Below are positions 26,030 to 38,514 of a stretch of DNA of 64,000 nucleotides, piece after piece (positions within the stretch are counted from its first letter, which is position 1; every line of letters starts with the position of its first letter). The notes below the pieces were generated by a model, which ran no database searches, had not been told where the DNA came from, and was given only the letters and a program-made list of their open reading frames with translations. The stretch is from Lama guanicoe (Eukaryota), in contig MU053652.1 of NCBI GenBank assembly GCA_013239625.1, positions 5,261,902 through 5,325,901 on the forward strand. Direction: 5' to 3'. Made by a program: the position numbers and the translations under genes.

Positions 26030-28620
26030 GAACACTTTCGAACTCATTTTCTGAGACCAGTGTTAATTACCCTAATACCAAAAGAGATAAAGATACTATA
26101 AGAAAGGAAATCTGAACACCAATGTTTCATGACCATAGATGAAAAAATGCTCAACAAAATATTAATAAGTTATAGCCACCAATGTATAAAAAGGATTATA
26201 CACCATGACCAAGTGAATTTATTCTAGGTATGCAAAACTAGTTCAACACTGAAAAAAATCAGTCAGTATAATCCATCATATCAGAAGGTTAAAGAAAAAA
26301 ATCATATCAATTTGTATAGAAAGGGCATTTAACAAAATTCAATACCTATTCAGGATAAAAATTCTCACCAGGCTGGGAATAGAGGGGAACTTCCTCAACT
26401 TGGTGAAGAAGATCAATAAAACTTACAGCTTAGGTTCATCAAACAAATGGAAGATATTAAAAAGGAGGGGGGCTATGCATGTGTAGGGGCAGGGGGCACA
26501 TGGGAAATCTCTGTACCTTTATCTCAGTTTTGCTGTGAACCTAAACTGCTCTAAAAAAGTAAAGTCTAGGGGTAAGGTCGTACCTTTTTAGATACAACAC
26601 CTAAGACATGGTCCATAATAGAAATAATTGATAAGCTGAACTTCATTACAATTAAAAACTTCTGTTCTTGAAAAGACAATGTCAAAGAAGACCTACACAG
26701 ACATTTCTCCAATGAAGACGTGCAGATGCCAATAGGCACACGAAAAGATGCTTAATATCGCTAATTATCAGAGAAAGGCAAATAAAAACTACAGTAAAGT
26801 ATCACCTCACACTGGTCAGAATAGCCATCATTAAAAAGTCCACATACACACAAAAAAGTCCACAAATGATGAATGCTGGGGAGGGTGTAGAGAAAAGGGA
26901 GCCCTCCTACACTGTTGGTGGGAACGTAGTTTGGTGCAGCCATTATGGAAAACTATACGGAAATTCCTTTTAAAAAAAAACCTTAAAATAGGCTTATCAT
27001 ATGATCCAGCAATCCCACTCCTGGGCATCTATCTGGAGGAAACTCCAATTCAAAAAGATACATGCACCCTAATGCTCATAGCAGCACTATTTACAATAGC
27101 CAAGACACGGAAACAACCTAAATGCCCATCGAAAGATGACTGGATAAGAAGTTGTGGTATATATACAATCTAACCATATTGCAGAAGTATAAAACAGCTT
27201 CAGTGAAGTGAACGGGGGGAAACGATGCTAACTCAAGTAACTGTGGAAATGAGTAGAGTCTGTAAGACTAAAGGTAAAATAAGTTGTACATAAGAATTTT
27301 ACAGAGTTTCCATATAAGCAAGGGAGGAAACTAGAATGATCCATGTAATAATGGATTAGAGTTGGAGACAACTGTGTGAACTCATGTTTGGGTTAATACA
27401 GATACAAATGTTACATATAGAGCTGTTTATAGGTATGTCTATATATATGGGTTAGTACACACCTGTATTTCTTTGCTCTGTCAGCTGAGAGAACCCAGAA
27501 GCACTGACACCCCAAGTAGCAGCAAGCACACCTAGTGCCCAGGTGTTTGTTTCTCATACTCTTCTCCAACAAAAGGTACCAGAGCTCCTTGAGAAATGGT
27601 GGATTGTGGGACTGGGCAGGAAATGCACAAGATAAGCCTGGAGCATCTGGCAGTACCAGAAAGTAAGGATGTACTCAAACACACACACACACACACACAC
27701 ATACACAAAGCAAAAACCTAACCCCACCATAGTGGGGGTATGCCAAAGGGACACAGGAGCCAACTGAAAGAGCTCCCAGTGACAAAAGCTGGGACAATTT
27801 GAGGAACAAAATTAAGTGGTATATTGGATAATCATCCAAAGAATAAAATACGTATCTATAAGTCCATATTGACATACATAAATTATTGTACAAATAAATG
27901 TGAGAGCAGTTAAAAACTCTCCTGGGCAGAAGAAACCCAAAATCAATGTAGAGACTCCATCCTCAAGGAGGTGAAGCATAACTCTCCACTCCTCAAGTGT
28001 GAGTTGTCCGTAGGACTTCCAAAAAGGACTGTGTGGAAAGGAGCAGGGAAAGGTAACTTCAGTAGAGAAACCAACAAACACTCCCTCAGCCAGGCGCTCA
28101 AGGTCAACAGCAGCAGAGGGGTAAGTCGTGTTGACAGCACGTACCCTTGATGTCGTGTGATGGGAATGGCACTTTCCCCGTTTCTGTCTTCCTTCCTCAA
28201 AACCCAGAAGCCCAGTCTAATCAGGAAAAAAACACCAAATAAATCCCAAATGAGGGATGTTCCACAAAATGCCTGACTCCTCAAAAATTTCCTGGTTATC
28301 AAAAAAAAAAGAGAAAAATCTGAGAAGCTGTTATAGCCAAGAGGAGCTTCAGGATACCTGGTGACTAAATGAGCTGACCTGGATGGGGTTCTGGAACAGA
28401 AAGAGAACGTTAGGGGAAAACTGAGGCAATCTGAATAAAGTCTGGACTTTAGTTAATAACAGCATATCAATCTTGGTTCATTAATTACAACAAATACTAA
28501 GGTAAGATGTTCATAATAGGGGAAATCAGGTATAGGGTGTATGGGAACCCCCTGTATCATCTTTAAATTTTCCCTGTAAATCTAAGAATATTCTAAAAAA
28601 TAAAGTTCATTAAAATATTT
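26030..28620 (+). mobile_element. L1 mosaic: old ORF2/3' segments plus a younger ORF2 C-terminal piece at ~26688-27170; (CA)n at 27679-27701
   Basis: ORF 26931..27173 encodes the L1 ORF2 C-terminus (YDPAIPLLGIY...CTLMLIAALFTIAKTRKQPKCP); flanks resemble L1MC sequence. Confidence 0.8.
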
Positions 28621-28621
28621 T

Positions 28622-28797
28622 TAATTCTTTTTTTTTAATTGACGTGTAGTCGATTTACAATGTTAGTTTCAGGTGTACAGCAAAGCAATTCAGTTATGCA
28701 TATACCTACATACATGTATGTAAATATATTTTCAGAGTCTTTTCCATTACAGCTTATTACAAGAAATTGAATATAGTTCCCTGAGCTCTATGGTAGG
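28622..28797 (-). mobile_element. 5'-truncated young L1 3' end
   Basis: Poly-T plus aattgacgtgtagtcgatttacaatgttagtttcaggtgtacagc; 15-bp TSD tcattaaaatatttt at 28607-28621 and 28798-28812. Confidence 0.8.
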
Positions 28798-30039
28798 TCA
28801 TTAAAATATTTTAAAAATGGACTGCTCCCTGCCTCCCCAGATCCTCTACCCCCTGAAAAGTGGGGCAGGATGCAGTGGGGAAGTGTGCAGAGTGCAGAGC
28901 TGGCCGTCCCCAGGGAACAGATGGGTATTGGGGTCACCAGGCTGGTCTGAAAAGTCCAGTGAGGACACAGCCCTTTCCCCTCGGGCAAGGCTGGTGCGTT
29001 TGCAGACCCAAGGGCGCACTCTCCGCAGGTGGCTGGAAGAGCATTCTCTGGCCGCCCCGTGCCCTGTGGTCTGAGGCCCACAGTACAAGAGCTGGCAGCT
29101 CTGGGCTGGGCTCTTCCTCGCCTGCCCTTCCCATGCCCCCCCCCACCCCGGTTTCCTCTCCAGGCTTCTTGGAGCCCAGCTTGCTGCGGGTTGTCTAGGG
29201 GAGTGCAGACTCACCACCACACCTGGCAAAGCCTAGTCCTGAGAGAAACATGGGGAGGGTTGAGCTCAGAGGTGAGGGGCTCACGGTAAAAAAGAGGGAA
29301 AGCTGGGGTGCCTTCTGTGTCCCCAGTTCAAAGCCAGTTGGGAGTAAGTGCTCGCCATTCCCTCCTGGCATGTTCAGAGGGAGGGAGCCGGGCAGCCTGC
29401 ATTTCAAAGCTGAGCAGAAAAGCGCAGGGATTTGTAGATGTTCGATTAGGGTCTGGGCTGGGAGAGTTGGGTGGCTGTGTTGAGCTTGCAACTTCAGCTC
29501 CAAGCTTAGGAATATCCAGGGAACTTGAAGATTCCTCACATTCTTATAACCAGAGTCGACTTTGACTTTAAACTTGGAGGCACATGCTGACAGAGAGCTG
29601 TTTCGTGCGCTCTGGAAAGCTGAGAGCTGGCAGGAGATGGGGCTCGCTGCAGTGAAGGAAGAAGGGAGCCAGAGCCCTACAGCCCACTCGGAGGTGTCAC
29701 AGGGAGGGGTGGAAACAGCCTGGAACTGGCGTCGCCTCCCCCAGGGAGTGCCCAAAGCCCGCGAAGAGGGGTCAGAGCAGAGCCGCCCAGTGTCCGCCCT
29801 GGCTGCGCCCTGCCCTCTCCAGCTTTACGCACGAGCTTGTCTTGTCTGCTGGCCCCGTGAGGAGGGCAGGGGAACTCCAACCGCTTCTCCTGAGGACAGA
29901 TCTTTTCCCATAGCCTCAGGGCTTTATACCAGGGGCTCCCAAGGGCAGAAGAAGCCAGCGGTCAGGGTTCTACAACGAGGGCGAGGGACAAGCAGGAATG
30001 GCCATGGCCAGCCTGGAGAGGGGCGCAAAGCTGGCTGGC

Positions 30040-30140
30040 GGGTGGCAAGACCTTTGAGTTAATGTATAATTGTGAGCAGATGGCGGGGGCTGGCGGCAGC
30101 CTGGGACCTGGGCCCAGCTAATGAGGGACAATTAGCCCCA
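30040..30140 (+). promoter_or_regulatory. PAX4: PAX4 pancreatic endocrine enhancer core
   Basis: HNF4-like gcaagacctttga (~30045-30057), HNF1-like GTTAATGTATAAT (30058-30070), E-box CAGATG (30077-30082), TAAT/ATTA (30119, 30131), ~1.9 kb upstream of the putative first exon. Confidence 0.75.
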
Positions 30141-31924
30141 AGGCCGATCGGGGAGGTTGAGAGAGTCAGACAGTGAAGGCAGATATTTGCTCCTCAAACA
30201 GTCTGGCGCGTTGGGCAGAGGGCTGAATGGCTGAGCCTTTGGGCTGGCTAGGCCCCCCTGCCAGGGCCCTTCCTCTCTTCTCCCTCCCCTATCACCTCTG
30301 GGTCTAAAGCCTCTGTTTGTTCAGACCCAAGAGTGCATTGTAAAGGAGGGGGGAGAGGGTAGTTTATGGGGGAAATCGCTGCCACCACCATCTGCCAGGG
30401 CTTGTCCCTTCTCCCCCTGATACCCCTATCTCCACCCTCACACAGCTGTCTATGGGAACAGTGGGTCTGGACATGGAGACTTCGGCCCCCAGATGCAGGG
30501 GCAAACTGGGGGCAAGAGATGAGGCAGGAAAGGAGGACTAAGAGCAAGGCTACCCATACCTTCCTTGGGACCTCCTCTCACCCAGACATGGCTAAGTACA
30601 GTGACCAGCAGTCCCAGGAGCCTTGGGATTGAAGGAGATCTAGAGCCCCTGGGCACGTGCTATCCTGCCTCTGGGGCTGAAACCAGCTACTGCGATTTCC
30701 CCCATTCCCCGGAGCTCTGGGCTAGCCTGAGGATGCTGGAGAAGGCTGGCAAAGGAGGACAGATGTGTCAGGGTGAGCTAGAAAACTCACTTCCGTGATA
30801 TACTGGCCCTGCTTTGAGAACAGGGGTTCCCAACCCTAGGATCAAGCTGAACATACAACACCCACTGCCCTGCACCCCCCAAACCAAAGCATTTACCCCT
30901 GAAACCTATTCTTCCCAGCTCTGGGTCTAGTCTTACAGCACCACACCCTGCTTACCTTCAGCCTGACTTTGAGAGGGTTTCACAGAATCCAAGGTATGGG
31001 ATGGGCTTTCTGTCTTGGCTCCTTCACAAAAGATCTGCCCAAGATCATAGTGGCAACAGAGCTTCCATGCACTGGGGCCTTTGTTTCCCTTCCAGCTCCT
31101 GGGCCCTCCACCCCAGCAGTGATCCGGACAACTTGTGGTGTCCTCTGCGGAAACAGGATTGCCATTCATAGCTTAGAGTCCAAATCCCTGGTAGAATGGA
31201 GCCTGGTAACTCAAGAGATGGAAGAATGAAAAGCAGGCTGCATACCTCCTTCTAAACACCCCACCTGCATCCGGACTCCCCTAGGAGGCTCATTCCCCAC
31301 CCCCACCACTGTTGTCAGTGCTATCAAGTCCAGGATCCCCCAGTTTCCAGGCAAGAATTAGCCCTGGGCATCACCTCAGTCAAGGAGCCAGATGGAGAGT
31401 TGGTGAGGACACTCTGGGAGAATGGGAGCAAGTGACACACTCTCTTCTACAGGTACCCTCATTCTTCCACAGATTTATGAGCCAAGTTGATCAGTATTTA
31501 GGTGTTGGTCTATATACTCATTTATCTTTTTAGTAATACACATAGAACCCAGGAGTTGACCCAGAACCAGGCACATGCATTCTGGCTAGGAAGCTGTGTC
31601 TCTAGTTCTGGAAGTCACCTTTGGGCTTCTGTGCATTCAAAGCCTTGCAAACACAATCTGCAATTCCCCATCTTCCTCATTCTGCATTCTCTTCAGGAGC
31701 GCTGGCTCCTGAGTGGGTGCACTCAGGGTCCAGGGAGCCTGCTTTGAGAGAGGCTCTGTACCTGCTTCAGGAGGGCAGGCAGATGCAAGGTGGGCTCTGG
31801 GGACTTCCCGCGGAAGGACACAGTGGGTCATTGGCTGTGGTTTGCCCTGTCTCAGGGCCAGTGTCAGTCAGCCCCATACACACCTCCCTCCTCCTCTCTC
31901 CTCTGCTCATGGCCTGTGACATCA

Positions 31925-32131
31925 CTGGCTGCTCCCAGAAGGCTGCCCTCTGCTCCTGAGCACGGGCTCTCTGTAGCTCTGGACCCTCTGGCAGGACTGA
32001 AGCAGGAGTAGAGTGGAGGCTGTTACCAGGATCGGACCACCAGCATCCCTGGAGCCGGCAGGGGTCTCAGGAGCCCAGATTAGGAGACTGAGACCCTCCC
32101 ACAGAAGCTCTCGCTCCTTGCCTGCACACAG
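31925..32131 (+). other. PAX4: Probable non-coding first exon of PAX4
   Basis: aaggctgccctctgctcctgag...gctctggaccctctggcaggactgaagcag resembles the recalled rodent Pax4 5'UTR; possible donor GTAGCT at 32132; boundaries uncertain. Confidence 0.5.
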
Positions 32132-34206
32132 GTAGCTCACCAGCAGCCTCATTGTCTGCTCTGCCTCCCATGCTATCTCCATGTCTTTGTGTGGCCAAGC
32201 CAACCTCTCGCCTCCTCTGTTTTTGCCACTGCCACCCTCCTGCCCCTTCAGCCCCCTCTCCTACTTTCTCACCGTCTGAGGACCAGTTCTTTTATTAGAC
32301 AAGTTAGTATGAATGTTGGAAATGCCTGGTGCAGCTACTGGGAATGGGGTTTCTGTCTGTGAGTTGGCGCATGATGTTTTTATTTTGGAGATCAGTTCGT
32401 TTTGGATATTGAACCTGAGTCCCCACAGCTCCTCTGAGCTCTGATTATTCAGCAGAGACACAGTTTTCTCAAGGATTCAGGGTTTGACTGATTTTCTGAG
32501 CTCCCCCTCCCCTCTACCCCCACCACTTGCACTGTCCCAGGCTTAGCCCTTCACATCCCTGGATTGACTCTTTCCACTGCCTTGGTGGCAATTACACGAA
32601 CGTGTCACAGGAATGGAGGCAGAGAAAGAGCCTCGGGATTAGAAGCTGGAAATTTCGGCTTTTGAACCTCCTTAGCTTTGCTCCCTGGGTGGCCCCTGAC
32701 TTGTGGGAATCCAAATTTGTGCCTCAGTTATCTTGCTGGCGAAACCACTGCCTTCCTTTCTGACTTTCTGGAAAGATGGGAGCTTGAAGGGGAATGTGTC
32801 TCTAACTGCCTAGAGAGGAGTGAGTAAAAGCCGATTTAGCTCCTGAATTTATCCAGTAGCTCTGGACGACATAGTCTTTGTGCATTCATTGTTGTTTCCC
32901 GTGCCAGTCCCCTCTCCCTAGTTGCCCTGTAATCTCCTGGAGAGCAAAAACCTTGTCCCTTTTCTTTTTACTCCCTTCATCCTGAGCAACCAGCTCTGTG
33001 CTCACAATTAATACCTTATTCAGTAAATAACTGCAGATTAGTTAACTGAGCCAAGATAGCATGGCTATTACAGGAAAGCTCTATGAGTGAGCTATTCTCT
33101 GGGATGACCTCCAGCCCTGCCAGGGTTCCGGGCATGAAAGGAGGCAGCTTCAACTCCCATTACCACCTGATGAAAGCAAGATGGACATGGTGGCCCATGA
33201 CCTGGGTCCCATGTTGCCCAGACTCCCTCGTGTTCACATTGGCTTCTATGCAGGTCAGACACAGCTCTCGCCTGCCTCTCTCTCCCTCCCTCCAACATGA
33301 CTTCGATAAATGTTAGTTGAAGGAGTGAGTGTCTAGTCCCAGAGAGCTGGCCTCTGAGAATGTGAGATCTAACACTCTCCAGGGTTAACAGGAAACAACA
33401 CCTCCAGCGGACGAGAAGCTGCCAAGAAAGGTGTTTTGTTCACCTCCACTTCAGTGGGTGGGACTAGCGCCTCAATGCCTGGGGGTAGAGCTGAGTCCTT
33501 GTGTTTCCCCAGACCTTCCTGGAGAGGATGAAAAAAACACCAGGAAGCAGACATTGCTGAAGTGCTCTAAAGAAAGCTTTCTGGCTGGTGGTTTGGAGCT
33601 CTGTGATAATGAAGGCAGAGCCATGAAACTGGCTGTAGCCTGGGACCAGGGCGATTGGGATCTTTGGTCCCTCATGCCCCACCGGCTGGACAGAACATCC
33701 CAAGCTTTGGTTTAGACCCTAGAGCTTGAGCTTAGGAGGCAGGAGCCCTGGTCCGAGTGCATCTCCCAGGGGCTGAGAAGACTTTGCGGGGGAGGGGGGT
33801 GGAGAGGTCAGAGGCAACAGTTGTCCATTTGGAAAAGGACAGCATCATCCCTTCCCACCTCCCTGACCTCCTATGAGGGACGTGTGAGAAAGAGCCCTCC
33901 TAGGCCCTTATCAGGACATCCAGAAAGATTCAGTCCTCTGCTGGCCCTGCGGTGTTTCAATTCATCACTGAATGGTTTAGTAAAGAGAATTTGAATTTTC
34001 TTAGCCAAACTATGGGCAAATTTTAGAAACCTCACCCACTCATACAAAATGCTGCATCCCAAGACCATTGTAAGCAAGCGAGTTCACCCAAAGAACCCCC
34101 GAATACTGCAGGCTCAGCCCCAAGAACAAAGAAGGAACTCCCAAGGGGACTCCCCTCCCCAGTCCCTCCAGTTCCTGCCCTTGGGTGAGGAGGCTCAGCC
34201 TGGAGC

Positions 34207-34219
34207 ATGCCACGGGACG
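34207..34219 (+). CDS. PAX4: PAX4 first coding exon (MPRD-G)
   Basis: agcATGCCACGGGACG|gtaaga; phase 1 fits the next exon. Confidence 0.85.
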
Positions 34220-34600
34220 GTAAGATGCCCAGGGCACGTGGGAAGAACAGGCTAGCGTGAGGAGGGCGGGCTTGTCTCAGGGCTCTGCTTCCATCCACAT
34301 AGTTTTACCTGCCGTTGGCCAGTGTTCTGGGGGGGCTCCGTCCAGTCCCTTCCCCCCTGCTCTACCTGATTCCCTTAGATCATGAGGGTCAGTGCATATG
34401 GCCAGGGGGCATTGATTCACCCATGAGCCAGCTCCCAGAGAAAATGGCATGTTTGGGGGACCCTGGGAGCAGAAGGGGAGCATTCGCCCGGGGAGAGCAT
34501 TGTCCCTATGTTAGGCAGCCAGGCTGGAGGGTCCTCCATGCCACAGGTGGGCTGGGGAGAGGGGAGACGAGGCGTGAGGCTGCCTCCTTGTCCTGCCCAG

Positions 34601-34731
34601 GGATCAGCAGTGTGAATCAGCTGGGCGGACTCTTTGTGAATGGGCGGCCCCTGCCCCTGGACACCCGGCAGCAGATCGTGCGGCTGGCTGTCAGCGGGAT
34701 GCGGCCCTGCGACATCTCACGGAGCCTTAAG
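34601..34731 (+). CDS. PAX4: PAX4 exon, paired domain N-terminal part
   Basis: cccag|[44 protein letters not shown]|gtagt. Confidence 0.97.
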
Positions 34732-35026
34732 GTAGTGTGCTGGGAGCTTCACCTAGTGGTGGGGACAAGAAGCAGGGGGAAGGGGCCCCTTGGAGGGAAG
34801 TCTGGGGCTACTGCAGACTCTGAGGGCCTCTGGGGTTTGGGCTACTTCCTAGAAGACCCGCTTGAGGGCTGGGGTAGGGAGTTGCAGGCTTCTAAAGGTG
34901 AGGCTGGACTTGACTCTGTGACCTGGTCCAGTTAGTCTCATTTTGCCTTGTAGCTTCCTTTTGTCCCAAAGACACTCACCCTCTGCCCATCATGCCCTAC
35001 CTGACCCTGCTTCTCACCTGATCCAG

Positions 35027-35242
35027 GTATCTAATGGCTGTGTGAGCAAGATCCTAGGGCGTTACTACCGCACAGGTGCCTTGGAGCCAAAGGGGATTGG
35101 GGGAAGCAAGCCACGTTTGGCTACACCCCCCGTGGTGGCTCGAATTGCCCAGCTGAAGGGTGAGTGCCCAGCCCTCTTTGCCTGGGAGATCCAACGACAG
35201 CTCTGCGCTGAAGGGCTTTGCACCCAAGACAAGACTCCCAGT
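35027..35242 (+). CDS. PAX4: PAX4 exon, paired domain
   Basis: ccag|VSNGCVSKILGRYYRTG...CTQDKTPS|gtaagt, 216 nt. Confidence 0.97.
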
Positions 35243-35565
35243 GTAAGTGCCCTGCTCGCCCCAGAACCGGGGCTTGCAAACAGGCTGTCTAGGGATGGAG
35301 AAGAAGATCCCTTCTTACTTGGCAACGGGGCCTCCCAGGCTGCGGGCGGGGCTCCTGGGCTCTCTTCTGATGCAGCAGTTTCTCTTCTGAAAAGTGGTGG
35401 CGGTAAGACAGGTGAGAAGAAGCAAGCTTGTGGGGAGAGAAAGGAGGCTGACTTTGGGAACGAGGTATGGACCGAGATAGGAGAGAAAGGATCTTGGGGA
35501 AATATCTTCAGGGTGCAACCCTGTGTCTGTGCACCATCTCCCCACTCAACACCCCACACCCTCAG

Positions 35566-35641
35566 GTCTCCTCCATCAACCGAGTCCTGCGGGCACTACA
35601 GGAGGACCAGAGACTGCCCTGGACACAGCTCAGGCTGCCAG
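35566..35641 (+). CDS. PAX4: PAX4 exon, end of paired domain and linker
   Basis: ctcag|VSSINRVLRALQEDQRLPWTQLRLP|gtgggt. Confidence 0.95.
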
Positions 35642-36213
35642 GTGGGTCTTGGAGCTGCCTCCAAAGATGACCAGAGCCCAATCTAAGCATTATACAGTTC
35701 TCAAATTCCTTTCCTGGTCTTTCTTGGATCACCCTCACAGTAAGACAACAATGAGGGCCTGGCAGAGGGGTCTTACTCTCTCTTGGCAGGAAAAAATTGA
35801 GGCTCAGAGGAAGGGAAGTGACTTACCCAAGGTCACCAGCTAGTTGTTGGCAGGTACTGGAACAGAACCCAGCTCCCTGGGCCCCTAAATTCACAAGATC
35901 TGCTGAGAAGGAGGCAGGACAGATCCTCCACACCCTCCCCCTGCTTCATTCACAGTTTCTCAGAACACCCTTCATGTGCTGTGGGATCATGCAAGCCTGG
36001 ACCAAACTTGTAGCTGTCTCCCCCCAAGTGCTAAGCATGCACCCAACATGGCACTGAGTATATCTCCTACCAAGTAATTGCGGATGCCCCAGTGATGCAG
36101 CTCTGCTCTCACAGCCACTCTGTCCCCAGCATGCAGCCCCAGAGACTTGGGGACTCCATTTGACCAGGAGAATCACCATAACAAACCCCACCAGCCATTG
36201 TCTCTCTTTGCAG

Positions 36214-36339
36214 CTGTTTTGGCTTCAGCTCCTCACACTCCGCAGAGTGGTTCTGAGGCTCCCCTGGGTCCCCACCCAGGGACCAGCCACCGGAATCGGA
36301 CTATCTTCTCCCCAGGACAAGCTGAGGCACTAGAGAAAG
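36214..36339 (+). CDS. PAX4: PAX4 exon, linker and homeodomain start
   Basis: ttgcag|AVLAS...HRNRTIFSPGQAEALEK|gtgtca (weak donor). Confidence 0.93.
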
Positions 36340-36565
36340 GTGTCAGGGCTGGGGTGGGCGGTGGGCCAAAGGGTGCTCGGTGGGCCACATGGAGGCAATG
36401 ACTCTGAGGTTGTTGGGCCAAGGCCAAGAGCTGGAGGCTGTGGGTTGCCCCGCCCTGGGGAGGAGGGCGGTTCAGGGTTTTCGCAGGTGGGGAGTGGGGC
36501 CCGCGTAGGAGACAGGCCTTGCTCCTCTCCCCGCGCCCTGGCTGTGAGAGCCTCCATCTCTGCAG

Positions 36566-36648
36566 AGTTCCAGCGTGGCCAGTACCCTGATTCAGTGGCC
36601 CGGGGAAAGCTGGCTGCTGCCACCTCTCTGCCTGAGGACACAGTGAGG
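36566..36648 (+). CDS. PAX4: PAX4 exon, homeodomain
   Basis: ctgcag|EFQRGQYPDSVARGKLAAATSLPEDTVR|gtgagt. Confidence 0.96.
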
Positions 36649-36952
36649 GTGAGTGAGCTCTGCCACAAGTGTGCACAAATTACAGGGACAGTCTGGGCCG
36701 GGAAAGCTTCGGGCTCTGGTGAGCTAGGGAAGGGGGCAAGAAGGTGCAGACAGGTTTGTTTGGAGCAGAAATGAGACAAGACCCTCTTTTTCCCTTCTGC
36801 TGACTGTCTCCTCTCCTCCTCACCCCAAGCCTTTGTGCTGAGGAAGGAGACAGAGAGCAAGGGCCAGAGCAGGGAGGGAGGTCAAGTATGAGGACAGGTC
36901 TGCACTGAGTCCAGGTCAGGAGGCCAGCTATGTTATTTCTGCTCTCCCTCAG

Positions 36953-37022
36953 ATCTGGTTTTCCAACCGAAGAGCCAAATGGCGCCGACAAGAGAAGCTC
37001 AAGTGGGAAATGCAGTTTCCAG
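36953..37022 (+). CDS. PAX4: PAX4 exon, homeodomain helix 3
   Basis: cctcag|[23 protein letters not shown]|gtgatt. Confidence 0.96.
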
Positions 37023-37034
37023 GTGATTTCTCTG

Positions 37035-37430
37035 CCTATCCATCCACCCATCCATCCACTTGCCTATCCTTCCTTTCATCCAACCACCCATCTTTTCTTC
37101 CATCTATTCCTATCCATCCATCCATCCATCTATCCAACCACCCATCTTTTCTTCCATCTATTCCTCCCTATCCATCCATCCATCCACCCATCAATCCATC
37201 CATCCTTCCTTCCTCCCTTCCACCCATCCATCACCCATCTTTCCTTCTAGTCATGCACTCACCTTTCATTCCCTGCTTCCTTCCTCCCTTCCTTCCACCT
37301 ATCCATCTTCCCTTCCTTCTGTCTATTCACTCACCTACCTATCCATTCATCCATTCTTCCTTCCATCGATCCACTTATTCAACCATCCATCCATCCATCC
37401 ATCCATCCACCCACCAACCCACCCACCATT
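37035..37430. repeat. (CCAT)n/(CCTT)n low-complexity array in a PAX4 intron, including a ~54-bp internal duplication
   Basis: Repeated ccat/cctt units; atccaaccacccatcttttcttccatctattcct occurs at 37078 and 37132. Confidence 0.9.
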
Positions 37431-37715
37431 TACTCAGTACCTTCCATGCACCAGACCCTGTGTTAGATGCTTGGGATATGAAATCCCTGCTCTTCAGGGT
37501 TGCACTGTCCCCAGTTCACCATCCCCAAGATTTAATCCTTCCCCAGTCTTCCAAGACCCTTCCTTGGGGAGGAGAGCAGTTTGGGGTTGTAACATCCATC
37601 TCCTCCACTCCTGCCAGAAGTTGTTGCCTTTCCTAGAATCTCCCTGCCTCTCACTGCCACTACCTGCTCCCCAGACCCGTTCTTCCCTCTAAGTGGATCG
37701 ACTCTTACCTTGTAG

Positions 37716-37771
37716 GTATTTCCCAGGGTCTGACTGTGCTGAATGTTTCTCCAGGGATCGTCTCTGCACAG
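37716..37771 (+). CDS. PAX4: PAX4 exon
   Basis: ttgtag|GISQGLTVLNVSPGIVSAQ|gtatcc, 56 nt. Confidence 0.9.
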
Positions 37772-38050
37772 GTATCCAGGAAGAGAGGGGGGTTTGTGAA
37801 CTGGACAGACTGAAGGGCTCACCGCTTTTCCCACTCCTAATGAAGGCCTGAACTAGAATTGATGGCTCCCCTGGGCCCCCACAGTGCACGCTTCTAGAAA
37901 GCACCATCCTCATTGTCTTCTCTGTGAATGGCTCCCTCTGGAGTTTTTCAGGATACGGCCTGGACATGGGGGGTGTGCAGCCCTGAGGTCCCAGTCCTGC
38001 TAAATAGGAGACATCACTGGCAGCTGAAGGTTTCCTCTTGATTTTTCTAG

Positions 38051-38192
38051 CAGTCCCCTGGAAGTGTGTCCACAGCAGTCCTACCTGCCCTGGAATCCTT
38101 GGGTCCCTCCAGCTATCAGCTGTGCTGGGGGACAGCATCTGATAGGTGTCTGAGTGACACCCCATCACAAGCCTGTCTCAAGCCCTGCTGGG
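38051..38192 (+). CDS. PAX4: PAX4 exon (TAGCAG tandem acceptor)
   Basis: ttctag|QSPGSVSTAVLPALESLGPSSYQLCW...ACLKPCW|gtaaga. Confidence 0.92.
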
Positions 38193-38514
38193 GTAAGAAT
38201 CCAGGCCTGGTCTTCCTGCTGCAGGATGAGGGGAGGACTGACTCCCTGACCCACAGAAGGGCATGGGTCTCCAGCTGGGGTCATCAAAGGAAACTCAATA
38301 CAGCTTTCCTCATTCCTTGCATGGCCCACAAGAAGGGGAGGCCAGTGTCCTCAGTCTATACTACCCTTGACAGTCATAGCAGCAAAAGGGGTGGGGTTGG
38401 GATTCAAGAGTATCCATCCCGTGTAGAGAACCAATGCCCGCCCTTCTCCATATCAGTGCCTTCGAGGGGGTAGGGTGCCAGTGACAAGCCCAAGCTCACT
38501 CTCTATCCCTCCAG

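Noticed and set aside
26931..27173. 80-aa ORF as a host gene
   Set aside because: L1 ORF2 C-terminal remnant
29195..30062. 166-186 aa ORFs upstream of PAX4
   Set aside because: GC-rich regulatory DNA, no recognisable domain or exon structure
28800..32200. REST/RE1 site upstream of PAX4
   Set aside because: By eye only partial matches (e.g. ~29595-29623, ~30935); needs a matrix scan
37010..37692. 208 and 210 aa Pro/Ser/His-rich ORFs
   Set aside because: Translation of the intronic (CCAT)n array
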